DNA of 64,000 nt from positions 2,037,271-2,101,270 of the forward strand of contig KV454011.1 in the NCBI GenBank assembly GCA_001661245.1, in the 5' to 3' direction. The position numbers and the translations under genes are program-made. This DNA comes from Pachysolen tannophilus NRRL Y-2460. Taxonomy: Eukaryota. Within the stretch, counting starts at the first letter, position 1, and every line of letters begins with the position of its first letter. Of the stretch, positions 11,873 through 23,031 are shown in pieces. The notes beneath the pieces are model-generated. The model was not told where the DNA came from. It saw nothing but the letters and a program-made list of their open reading frames with translations, and searched no databases.

Positions 11873-13066
11873 TTACTGCTGCTGCTGCTGCTGCTGTTGT
11901 TGTTGCCGCAGATGATTTGGCAAATTGGGAATATCGACACTAGAATTTGAATTTGAAACTATTAATCTGGGTAAATCTTCAATTTGTTGTATAACAAACT
12001 CTTTTTCATCATTAAACTCTCTCATATTTTCTTTTCTATCTGTACTAAAATTTCTTAAATATGTAATTAATTTGTCTCTATTTTTGATTAGAATATCTAA
12101 TATAGGTTTTGATTTTTTAGGATTTGCAATGAAAATTTTAAAAACGTTAAAAGCTTCTATTTGTAAATTTTTAGATTTATCACTTAATAAAATCATTATT
12201 AATTTTAAATTTTGAGGTGAATCAACATAAGCTTGTAATAAATGATAATTTGATCTTTGCATTATTAATTGTGAAAGCAATTTAACAGCTTGCCTTTTTG
12301 TAACATAATTCCCTAAATTAATTAAATTATTAATATGAAATATAAATTTTTCTAAATTCTTGTTAAAAAATTCTGCTACTGCTTTTTTATGTACCGTTAA
12401 TAAATCACTTAATGTAATGAATGCATCTGTAGCATTTTCAAAAGTTCCATTTTTTGAATAATTAAAATATTGCCAAATTAAAGGTTCTTTCAATAAATAT
12501 TTTGTAATTGCTTCATATTTAATACAATCCCTTAGCATTGCCCCAGTTATCAAACAAGTTTCAGAATTTTCTGGACCTCTTAATAAAGTTATTAAAATTT
12601 TTGGTTTTGATAACAAATGATCAACAGTTGGGTTTCTATTACCAATTTCACGTCGCAATAAAGTTGTAAATAATATTGAAACATCTTTTCTTGAATTAAA
12701 TTCCAAATTATGCAAATTCAGTATTAATAAATAAAGACAATCTGTAGAATAAACTTCTTGAGCCAATTGTGATATTTGATCTGGTTGAGGAACGTTTTCT
12801 TCGTCCCCATGTAATATAACTGTAATTTGAGACAAGTATCTTGAAGTATCATCTTGCACCTGAAAGGATTAAAAAAAAAAAATATTGCTAGTCAGTAAAA
12901 AATTCCATTTTTCCCAAATTTAATTAAATCATTGTTAATTTGCAAAAAAGTTACAATTACTTACTTTCTTTAAATCATTTGTGTTATCTAGTTTTGTAAC
13001 CTGATCATTTAAAACACGAACCAATTCACTTGGTGTTTTAGGATTTCTTTTAAACAAAAAAGCCAT
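11873..13066 (-). CDS. HYM1: Mo25/Hym1 RAM-network scaffold; 2 exons (13066-12965, 12859-11873)
   Basis: Exon 1 MAFLFKRNPKTPSELVR; intron 12964-12860 with GTAAGT, TACTGAC, CAG in phase 0; NYVTKRQAVKLL and EAFNVFKIFIANP motifs; polyQ tail. Confidence 0.93.
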
Positions 13067-13531
13067 TTCTCTAATATCCTTTCTATTTACGTCTCAATAC
13101 GAGTAGTTAAGACATAAAAAACCCCAACAATAATACCTTCTCTATGGTTGATAATATCTAAAAATCAACAAGGTTTTTAACGTGGCTAAATACACCACCA
13201 CTTTATAAAGAAAAAAAAAAAAAAAAAAAAAAATTTTACAAAAATATCAATTCAAACAAGTTCAAATACTCTATCAGTTTAATACTATTCAACTCTATAA
13301 CTCTATAGATGATTACTCCAAAACACTATCTATCTCTACTAGAGTTTAATTACAATTATTACTTAGTTCTTCTCCTTTTTGTTCTTACTTCTTTTTTTTT
13401 TTGTGTTATCCTAAAAAAAAAAAAAAAAACAAATCTGATTTTGATATTTAACTACACGACCGTGTTTTCTATATAGTAACTTTGAAAACCGACAACGACA
13501 AGTTATAAATGGAGTTGTTGTGATTTTAAAC

Positions 13532-14704
13532 TTAGACAACGACTCTTGACCACTCGTGGTCTTTCTCACCGTATTGTAGTTCTGCAATCCATGTAGCAAT
13601 TTGTTGAGTCAAATCACCAATTTGTGTTTTTTCATTGACTGGAACTTTAATATCATTATCTCTCCAACCAATTTCACAGATTGGTGAAACAACAGCAGCG
13701 GTACCTGAACCAAATGCTTCGACTAATTCACCTTTTGAGGCCTTATCTTCGACTTCAAAGATGGTGAAGTACCTTTCGTTGACGGTCCATTCTGCTGGGT
13801 CTAATCTTTCTCTACAAAGATCAAGAATTGAATCTCTAGTGACACCTTCCAAGATGGTACCATCTAAAGGTGCTGTAACAATTTCTTTCTTACCTGAAGC
13901 AGCATCTTTAAAGACGAAAAAAACGTTCATTGTACCAACTTCTGTAATGAATTTTTCTTCTCCAAATAACCATAAATTTTGTTGATAACCTTTTTTAGCA
14001 GCTTCTATTTGAGGAACAATACATGGAGCATAATTAGCACCTAATTTTCTATTACCAACACCACCTGGCCAAGCTCTTGTAGCAAAATCTGTGGCTAGCA
14101 ATCTAACTGGTTTAAAACCAGTAGAATAATAAGGACCAACAGGAGACGTAATAACGTATAATAAAGCTTTTTTAGGGAAATGAACACCTAAACCAACATC
14201 AGTACCAATTAAAGTAGGTCTAATATACAAAGAATAACCTCTGCCTTCTGGAATAAAGCTATGGTCCAATTTCAATAACTCTCCAATCAATTTAATTAAT
14301 TCTTCACCATCAAAAGTTGGTAAAGCAATTCTTTCAGCTGATTTATTCATTCTTTCAACATTCTTATCAGGTCTAAACATCCTAACATTACCATTCTTAT
14401 CTTTATAAGCTTTTAAACCTTCAAATAATTCAAAAGCATAATGGAAAACACAAGTTGCAGGATCCATTGAAAAATTTTGATATGGCTTAATCTCTGGAGT
14501 TTTCCAACCAATACCATCTTCCCATTCAATGGTCAACATATGATCGGTGAATGTGGCACCAAAGACCAATTGATCATTTGGCAACTTCGGTTTTGGATTT
14601 GTAGTCTTAGTTATAGTAAGCTTAGAAGCACTTAATGGAGCAGACATTATTGAATAATTTCTTCTAATAACTGATATTAAGTTAGTTTTCAATAATCGTT
14701 GCAT
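13532..14704 (-). CDS. BAT1: Mitochondrial branched-chain amino acid aminotransferase
   Basis: Presequence; FEGLKAY, YSLYIRPT, RAWPGGVGNRKLGANYAP, EVGTMN, EAFGSGTAAVVSP. Confidence 0.95.
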   Translation of the reverse strand: MQRLLKTNLISVIRRNYSIMSAPLSASKLTITKTTNPKPKLPNDQLVFGATFTDHMLTIEWEDGIGWKTPEIKPYQNFSMDPATCVFHYAFELFEGLKAYKDKNGNVRMFRPDKNVERMNKSAERIALPTFDGEELIKLIGELLKLDHSFIPEGRGYSLYIRPTLIGTDVGLGVHFPKKALLYVITSPVGPYYSTGFKPVRLLATDFATRAWPGGVGNRKLGANYAPCIVPQIEAAKKGYQQNLWLFGEEKFITEVGTMNVFFVFKDAASGKKEIVTAPLDGTILEGVTRDSILDLCRERLDPAEWTVNERYFTIFEVEDKASKGELVEAFGSGTAAVVSPICEIGWRDNDIKVPVNEKTQIGDLTQQIATWIAELQYGEKDHEWSRVVV

Positions 14705-14928
14705 TTAAAATAAAACAAAAAACAAAAAAAAAAACGAAAAAAAAAATTTAAAAAGTGATGAGAATAAATGAAAAATTATTACTCACTTTTTCTTTTTCTA
14801 TTTATTGTCTTTCTTTCAACTAGATAGAAATTAAATTCTTTTCAAAAGAATTCAAATTCACTTTGCTATCTTGAAAAGATTTATGTTTGGCCCATTTTTC
14901 TTTCATTGGATTTTTCGCCAAAAACCTC

Positions 14929-14935
14929 TGACTCA
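14929..14935. promoter_or_regulatory. Gcn4 consensus site TGACTCA upstream of BAT1
   Basis: Perfect TGACTCA about 225 nt upstream of an amino-acid biosynthesis gene. Confidence 0.6.
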
Positions 14936-15422
14936 GAACGGAAGACATCTCATGTATGTCATACCACCTTTAAAGTAGGTTTTTCGAGGTATTTCGAGGT
15001 ATCTCAAGGTGAATCAAAGTGTATTAAAATTTTTCGAGGGTATTTGTTTTCTATTTTTATCGGAATACCTCCGGGCGGTATTAAAGATTATATCGGGAAA
15101 GTTGCAAAAAGAATAATAACAATGCGTGTGAGTTTATGCGAGTGTGAATGCTTATGCTTGTGCTTGTGCTTGTGTGTTTTATACCCCAAAGTGTTCCGAG
15201 GGTATGCGATAAGCAGTGTATTAGAGTGTCACGGGGGTGTCACAAAGCTCTATTTCGAGGGTATTTTGGTGATAATGGTGGAAATCATTAATACCATTTC
15301 CTTCGATGACTTCTTGGTAAAAAAAAAAAAAAAAAAAAGAAACCCCCGCCAGATTCTCTTTGATTTGCTGATAAAGCTATAACAAGATTAGACTAGAAAC
15401 CTTCGGGTTGGATTGAGTTAGT

Positions 15423-16153
15423 ATGGGTGCAACTATTACAGAGGCTAAGAAGGCATTGAGGAAGCAGATAAGTTCGAACTTGTCAAAAGTTAGTCAAAAA
15501 TCGATAATTGAACAATGTAAGTATCAATCAACTGATTGAATGAAAAAAGGGGTAATAAAGATTGGTATTAACATTTGAATTTAGCAATTAGAGTTGCTGA
15601 TCGGTTAAGGACACTCTCTCAATATCGAGATGCAGTGAAAATTGGATTTTTCATGAATATGCCTCAAGGTGAAGTTAAGACATTATCTTTGATAAAACTG
15701 GCATTTGAAGATGAAAAATTGGTTTTTTTACCTAAATGTTCGAAAATATCAGAAACAAACCAACATAAAACGTTTCTGTCACAGGATATGCATCTAGATA
15801 TGCTTTTCATGCCAGGTTATGAAGAAGTTATCAAATTAAAACCTCAAGGACCTTATAGATTATTAGAACCACAATCTGGGAGAAATGCATTATCCAACGA
15901 ATTTAAAGGTTTAGATCTAATAATAGTACCAGGAGTTGCATTTACTAAAGATTGTCGTCGATTGGGTCATGGGAAGGGGTTTTATGATGATTATATTAAG
16001 AGACATCTGGCTTATGAAGATAATGAGAAAAAACGACCAAGTTTAATTGGTGTTGGATTACGAGAACAAGTAGTTGACGATCTTCCCGTTGATGATCATG
16101 ATGAACAATTGGATATATTAATACTGGACGGAGAAGTATACTATAAAAATTAG
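15423..16153 (+). CDS. FAU1: 5-formyltetrahydrofolate cyclo-ligase; 2 exons (15423-15516, 15585-16153)
   Basis: Exon 1 AKKALRKQI; intron 15517-15584 with GTAAGT, TATTAAC, TAG in phase 1; DLIIVPGVAF and RLGHGKGFYD motifs. Confidence 0.92.
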
Positions 16154-16192
16154 TAAACTATAAAAATTAGTATCCTATATAGGTACAATCAT

Positions 16193-17047
16193 TCAAAAAA
16201 TCATAAACCATTTCTTCCAAGAGTCTTGCTCTTTAATAAATTTAAAAGTTGCATCGCCTTCAACTAAAGGTCTTCCATGAACTGTTTCAATAACTCCTTT
16301 GACTTTAACATTCCCATTCCCATTCTCATTCCCAACATCATTTCCATCATCAGCGTCAACACATTTAGCTCTAACGACAATAAAATTATTAGCTAAAGTT
16401 GGGAACTTGTAATGAAGTGTTAAATCTTCCATCTTAATATTCTTGTAACTTAACTCATCATCATATTTAAAATTTGAAAAATCTTTTTCATCAATTTCTT
16501 TAAAACTTAGCACGCTACACCTTTTCAAAGATTCATCCAATATGGTAGCTAACATACCTCCATGGACCAAGAAAGGGAACCCACATAGTTTGGGTCCGAC
16601 ATGTATAATGGTAACCGATTCTTTTTCCTTTTCATTCAAAAAAATAGCTGGTTTAATAGCAAATCCACCTGGTCTTCTCAATGATCCACTAACCATTTTA
16701 TCATTTAAAATTGTAGAATTATCAACATTTTCCCAAGCCCGAATACTTATATAATTTGGATTTTTTTCAAATTCAGCAACCAAAGGTAATTTTTGTAAAT
16801 TTTTCTCTAAATTATCAATATATAACTGGACATCAGATTCCGATTCTGGTATTTCATTTAAATAAAATTGAAATAACGAATTAATTGGAACATAAGATCC
16901 AACAGCAGCACCAAGACCAAATGAAACAATGGCAAATGCCCAACCACTTCTCCTGCTCTGTTGTTGATTCTTAATGCCTGATCCTGACAAAGATCTTGAT
17001 TGTAATTTGAATAACCTGTTTCCAAGAACAACTGACCTTTTAAACAT
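16193..17047 (-). CDS. FMP10: Mitochondrial hotdog-fold thioesterase (Fmp10-like)
   Basis: Presequence and TM; LCGFPFLVHGGMLATILDE; adjacent to FAU1 as in S. cerevisiae. Confidence 0.8.
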   Translation of the reverse strand: MFKRSVVLGNRLFKLQSRSLSGSGIKNQQQSRRSGWAFAIVSFGLGAAVGSYVPINSLFQFYLNEIPESESDVQLYIDNLEKNLQKLPLVAEFEKNPNYISIRAWENVDNSTILNDKMVSGSLRRPGGFAIKPAIFLNEKEKESVTIIHVGPKLCGFPFLVHGGMLATILDESLKRCSVLSFKEIDEKDFSNFKYDDELSYKNIKMEDLTLHYKFPTLANNFIVVRAKCVDADDGNDVGNENGNGNVKVKGVIETVHGRPLVEGDATFKFIKEQDSWKKWFMIF

Positions 17048-17332
17048 CCTTCAAAAAAAAAAAAAAAAAAAAAAGAAACAATTACCAATAACTCAGTTAA
17101 TTCAATATTCCTCCTCTTTTCTTCCAATTCTTTTATCAACGTTTAATTGCAAAAGATAATTTTTAATTAATAGAGAAATGCTATAAAAAAGGACCCCAAA
17201 AAAAAAAAAAAATAAAGGTGAAAAGAAAAAAAAAAAATTAAAATTAAAAAACTTTTCACCCATAATAAATCAAATAGATCTATTTATCAAATATTTAAAA
17301 CTAAACGAACTATTGGGTATTGCGGTGTCAAG

Positions 17333-18859
17333 ATGGTTGCAGAGAAGAGTTCGAGTCTTTCACATAAGATTGAGATTTTGGATATTAATGACAAGGTACC
17401 GGTGCTGGGGACTGATGAGAATATCCAGAGTGAAACTGGAGAATCGAATCAACTGGTAATAGTGCCCCATGAAAGAATGGTTATTGACGATGTCATTCGG
17501 ATTTGGAAAGAAGACCCTTCAACTGAGTCTTTGGGGATTCCAAAATTACATGCTCTTCTTAAATCTAGGAATTCAAGTTGGCAATTATCGGAGAAACGAG
17601 TTAAGAATTTGTTAAAACAACATGGTTTATTGGCTAATCAACCACAATTTGCATATGCTAGTGAGATCAAATCAGAACATACCCCAGAATTAATAATTCC
17701 TCCTTTGATTAGGACTCAATCAGCAAAGAAGAGTGGGAAAGGTTTATATGCTATCAAAAAGATACCAAAGGACACTTTATTGTGGGAAGAAAACCAATTC
17801 ATATTTATTCAACCAATCGATATATTGTCACTTATTGGCTTGGGGAAAGCATGTTCATATTGTGGGAAACCTTTACAAGCTAGATCGACTTCTAATGGGG
17901 TCAGTATATTAAGTGGTTTGGATTGTAATGTTTGTAATCAAATGTGGTGTTCTGTTAGTTGTAAAAAATTGGATTCACAATTACATCCATTGTTGAAGCA
18001 CTCGTTGTATACTGGTGATATCAATAAGAAAACTACCAAAAAAATCATTGATTCTAAAAAATGGTCGATATATGAGAAATTTTGTGTTGAAAACCAATGG
18101 CAAGCACTGTATGCTGTTGGTTTAATTTTTGCCCATGAACTCTTGGATAAAACTTGTTTAATTAAAAAACAGTTTAACGCAATGGCCAAGATTAGACAAG
18201 ATATTAGGTACAAGGCCTTAGATTCTTCCGCAGGTTCTTTTGATAACTCCAATGGTGGTGCCTTATTTGTTCAAGAACAACAGGAAAAATTATGGCAAGA
18301 AGGTTACCAAAAATTTAGTGATTGCTTCCTAAAAGATCATTTAACATATGAAGAATTTATGGAATATTTGGGTACTTACAATATTAATAATATTAATAAT
18401 TCTCTTTTCTTGATACAATCACATTTGAATCATAATTGTGATCCAAACGTTGTTGTTAAATTTGGAGCTAAGAGAACAGATGGTATCAAGGTCTACGCAA
18501 AGAGAGATATCAATTCTAACGAAGAATTAACAACAACATATGTCTCACCACAACATACAGTACAAACCAGGAAAAGAGAGTTAAGGGTTAATTGGGGATT
18601 TATTTGCAATTGTCAAAAATGTAAAGAAGATGAAAAATTACAACAACGTAGGAAATCATCAGTGGGTGCTCAACAACAACAACAACAACAAAATAATTCC
18701 AAAAAGGCTATCAAAGATATGTTGTTAAATGGAGAAAATCAAGAATTCGAATTGGAAATTCCAAATTCAAGTAATATTAATGATAATGGAAACATGTCAT
18801 TTGGGGAAAGAAGGAAATCAGTCAGGTTTGATGATAAGGTAATCGCTTTAACAGAGTAA
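17333..18859 (+). CDS. SET5: SET-domain (SMYD-like) lysine methyltransferase
   Basis: GKGLYA; MYND-like CSYC..CNVC..WCSVSC; SHLNHNCDPN; EELTTTY; WGFICNCQKC; RRKSVRFD tail. Confidence 0.9.
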   Translation: MVAEKSSSLSHKIEILDINDKVPVLGTDENIQSETGESNQLVIVPHERMVIDDVIRIWKEDPSTESLGIPKLHALLKSRNSSWQLSEKRVKNLLKQHGLLANQPQFAYASEIKSEHTPELIIPPLIRTQSAKKSGKGLYAIKKIPKDTLLWEENQFIFIQPIDILSLIGLGKACSYCGKPLQARSTSNGVSILSGLDCNVCNQMWCSVSCKKLDSQLHPLLKHSLYTGDINKKTTKKIIDSKKWSIYEKFCVENQWQALYAVGLIFAHELLDKTCLIKKQFNAMAKIRQDIRYKALDSSAGSFDNSNGGALFVQEQQEKLWQEGYQKFSDCFLKDHLTYEEFMEYLGTYNINNINNSLFLIQSHLNHNCDPNVVVKFGAKRTDGIKVYAKRDINSNEELTTTYVSPQHTVQTRKRELRVNWGFICNCQKCKEDEKLQQRRKSSVGAQQQQQQQNNSKKAIKDMLLNGENQEFELEIPNSSNINDNGNMSFGERRKSVRFDDKVIALTE

Positions 18860-19235
18860 CTTCTAAACCATGAAACTTTTTTTGTTCACTATACATTTTC
18901 ATTTCTATATTGTTTTGAAAGTCTTTTTTTTTTCCTTCTTCTTCTACCAAATTGATAAGAAATGAAATCAAAAGTTCTTACTGAAATATAAAACATAAAA
19001 TCTAATGGGAAACAATACAAAAAGTAGAAGAATAAAACAAAATGCTTTAGGCAATTTTCCTTTAACAAAAAATAAAAATAACTCTCAATCAAAAAAAAAA
19101 AAAAGTTTGTAAGAACTTATCAAAGGAAATTATAAAAGACATCAAAATAAAATATATAATAATAACATTTACAGATATAAACTCAATCTGATTCAGAATA
19201 AAATAATAAAATGGTCAAACAAAAAATAAAATAAA

Positions 19236-19292
<57 letters not shown>

Positions 19293-19780
19293 NNNNNNNN
19301 NNNNNNNNNNNNNNNNNNNNNNNNNNNNNNNNNNNNNNNNNNNNNNNNNNNNNNNNNNNNNNNNNNNNNNNNNNNNNNNNNNNNNNNNNNNNNNNNNNNN
19401 NNNNNNNNNNNNNNNNNNNNNNNNNNNNNNNNNNNNNNNNNNNNNNNNNNNNNNNNNNNNNNNNNNNNNNNNNNNNNNNNNNNNNNNNNNNNNNNNNNNN
19501 NNNNNNNNNNNNNNNNNNNNNNNNNNNNNNNNNNNNNNNNNNNNNNNNNNNNNNNNNNNNNNNNNNNNNNNNNNNNNNNNNNNNNNNNNNNNNNNNNNNN
19601 NNNNNNNNNNNNNNNNNNNNNNNNNNNNNNNNNNNNNNNNNNNNNNNNNNNNNNNNNNNNNNNNNNNNNNNNNNNNNNNNNNNNNNNNNNNNNNNNNNNN
19701 NNNNNNNNNNNNNNNNNNNNNNNNNNNNNNNNNNNNNNNNNNNNNNNNNNNNNNNNNNNNNNNNNNNNNNNNNNNNNNNN
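19293..19780. other. Assembly gap (N run) flanked by poly-A
   Basis: Run of n. Confidence 1.
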
Positions 19781-19798
19781 CCCAAAATTAAATTTAAT

Positions 19799-19830
<32 letters not shown>

Positions 19831-19941
19831 TAAAAATAAAAATAAAAAATACCCCTAAATTAACATAAAAACACTTTTGAATAATCTCTCTTTTCATTTC
19901 ATCTAAAAACTTTTCTTGTCTTTCCTTTTTTTACAATTGAA

Positions 19942-20717
19942 CTAAACTAATCTCATTTTTTTATTTAATGGTTCTCCATTGGCCAAATCGATCCCACCAT
20001 TTCTTAGATGTTTTTCCAACATTGCAAACAAATCTGATTGACTGAAAGGTTTTGCCAAAATATCACTCATCCCGTTCCTCAAATATGTCAATAAATCATT
20101 ATCCTGAATATTACCTGTCATTGCAATAATGGGTGTAGTGCTATCAAAAGATCTTATTACACTTGTTGCAGTAGCACCATCTAAATTGGGCATGACTATA
20201 TCCATCAATACTAAATCGTATTTAACTTTTTCCACTGTGGAAATTGCAGAAAGTCCATCAGTGACAACTTCCACAGTGCATCCGTACTTCATCAAAAACT
20301 TACGACATAATTGAATACAAACAGCATCATCTTCAACAAGTAGTACATGAAATGGTGATCCAGGTGGTCTTTGAGGGAAAGTTTGCAGAGGTGGAGATTG
20401 AGATGAAGTTGTAGTTGTTTTTGGTGCTGAGGAAACTGCTGATATAGGAGCACCAGGAGCACCAGCACCGGGACCAGCACCGGCAGCTGTAGATGCTGCT
20501 GCGGATGATGGAGTTGGTGCAGCATTTGTGTTTGTTGGTTGCGGTATCGCTGCCTGTGGGATCAGATTTCCTGAAGGGCTTGTACTTGTCGTTCTTGTTC
20601 CCGGAGGTTGCTGTTGTGGTTGAGGTTGTGGGGGCACAGATGCACCGGTAGTACCAGACGGTGCTCCAATTCCAACCCCGTTATCACCCAGTGCAGATGC
20701 ATTACTTGGAAGTATTG

Positions 20718-20749
<32 letters not shown>

Positions 20750-21639
20750 CGATGATGATGATGATCAAAGTTATTAGTGGTTGTAGTATTATCGCTACCG
20801 GTATCATGAATACTGGGTAAAGAATCAGTTGATCCTCCTGATGATTTGTTTTTAATATGATGAGAAATATTACTACTACTATGATCCATTGCTGTCAAAT
20901 TAGTTGGTCTCTGTGGAATTGGTAATGGCATATCAAAAGGAGGTACTTTTATACCAGCATTATTTAAATATGTGGTTAAATTATTAAATTGTAACAGATA
21001 TGCATCATTTGTCTTTTTCATAGTTATAAGACTTTCTATTACTGTATTATATTTTGATTTCATAATTTTCAATTCTTCAAATAAAATTTTTGAATCATTT
21101 CTTAATTCTTTAACTTGATTATTCAATTTATTAACAATTTCTTGAGATTTTTCATCAACAGTTTTTTTCTGAGTTGGACCTTTTCTTTTAATATTTTCCA
21201 AAGATTCTCTATCATGAATTTTAAAATCAGGATGTTTAAATTCCCATATATTTTCACCATTTTCTAATTTATTTTTCCCCAGTTTCCTATCAGCAGTTGA
21301 AACTTTAACTTTATGAAAATCATATTTATTTAATTGTCTTACAAAACTTGCAAAATTACTATGTTTAAAATGTCTTGGTAAAATCTCCCTTGTAAATTCA
21401 TTTGTATCCACAATAATAAAACTATCACCATGTTCAGTCCATCTAACAATTTTTTTATAATTATCATCTTCTAACATTTGAAATAATTTTTTCACAAAAT
21501 CAGTAGACCCATGGGCGGCGGCAGCAGCGGCAGCCGCCGCCGCTGCTGCCGCACTCGAGGCGGAGGATTGCGATTGCTTTGAAACCAATTCATCTAATAT
21601 TGAAAGTTGAGAAGAATCTTCCAACTCTGGTGGTATCAT
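19942..21639 (-). CDS. SKN7: HSF-domain response regulator
   Basis: HSF DBD (FVKKLFQML, HSNFASFVRQLNKYDFHK), coiled coil, receiver domain (VLLVEDD, DLVLMDIVMP). Confidence 0.93.
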
Positions 21640-22128
21640 TATTTAATAAAAACCCAATCAACAATATAAACACAATTTTAAGGATAAAATAAAAAAAATT
21701 TTTATTAATTTATCTTATTATTCCAAAAACTGTATGAGTTATTGTTATTATTATCTGTGCGTTTGTTTGTTTGTTGTTTTTTTGTATTTTTTTTTTTCTC
21801 TCTCTCTCTCTCTCTCTCACACACTCTCTTTTTTATTTATACAAGTCCTTTCCCCTAATTTTTTTTTGAAAACTTAACAAAACTCAACTAATAGTATCAA
21901 TTTAAATATAATGAGAGACATATAGATTTATTTCAAAGACCCACTTGAGCTCTATTAACTTTTTTTTTTTTTTTTTAATTTCGTATCTCGTATAATAACA
22001 TCAAGTCTCAAATATAACAAAAGACTTTAAAAATGCTTAATAAAAATTCAAAAAAAAAAATTAGTAAAAACGGGTTGTACCTGAAAAATTTAAAAAGATA
22101 GTTAGTTGATTTATTAAATATAAATAAA

Positions 22129-22168
<40 letters not shown>

Positions 22169-22378
22169 CAATAAACCTAAGCTTTAAGGGTAATAAAAAA
22201 AAAAGAAAAAAAGAAAAAATTAATTGATTAATTGATTCAATCTAAACTAGTAGGCACTCTTTACTTTTATAAAAGAAATTTCCCTTAATTCTTGTTTGTT
22301 AACTTGATCATTAAAAGCTTTTTGTATTTTTGATTTGTATTGTCTCAACATCTTCTTTTACCATACCACAGGGCTTGG

Positions 22379-22394
22379 GTTCTAGAACACGTTC
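22379..22394. promoter_or_regulatory. HSE-like element upstream of SKN7
   Basis: Palindrome GTTCTAGAAC followed by another TTC. Confidence 0.4.
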
Positions 22395-22820
22395 TACAAA
22401 AAATCAGCAGTTTCCATAACTGGATGTTTGAGCCTAAGAGACACGACTTTGGTTTATTATATGTTTTTGTGTTTTTGTGTACTTAAAAAAACTCAAAAAA
22501 AAAAATTAGTTAAAAATAGAACAAACAAAATATAAAACAGTACGAAAAAGAAAAAAAATGAATAAAAGTAATATTTATGTATGTATTAACGTCACTTTTT
22601 TAAAACAAAAGTCAAAATAAATATAATAGTAATAATAATGATAGTATATAATAATATGTGTCTAAACGAGACGCAGTATGAAACATGAAACATGGAACAT
22701 GAAACAATAACAATAACAACAATAACAAAAAAAAAAAAAAAAAGAAGAAATTAAATGTATCTTCAAAACCACTTGCCTTCGTATCAAAAAAAAAATCCCC
22801 TTAGTAAAAAGTAATGTGAA

Positions 22821-22852
<32 letters not shown>

Positions 22853-23031
22853 AACAATTCGTAGTAACATATCAAACCTTGCAGAAAAAAAAAAATTAAA
22901 AAAAAAAATTAAAAAATTAAAAAATCAATGCCATTTTATAGATATATATATAATATAGATACAGTTTATTTTCGATGATAGATGTTTTATAAGTAACATC
23001 TATTTTGTAGCATTTCTTATTCTTTCTTTTC

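Noticed and set aside
14906..15382. 158-aa ORF between BAT1 and FAU1
   Set aside because: TTG start, TG-repeat-derived CLCL and poly-K; lies in a divergent promoter
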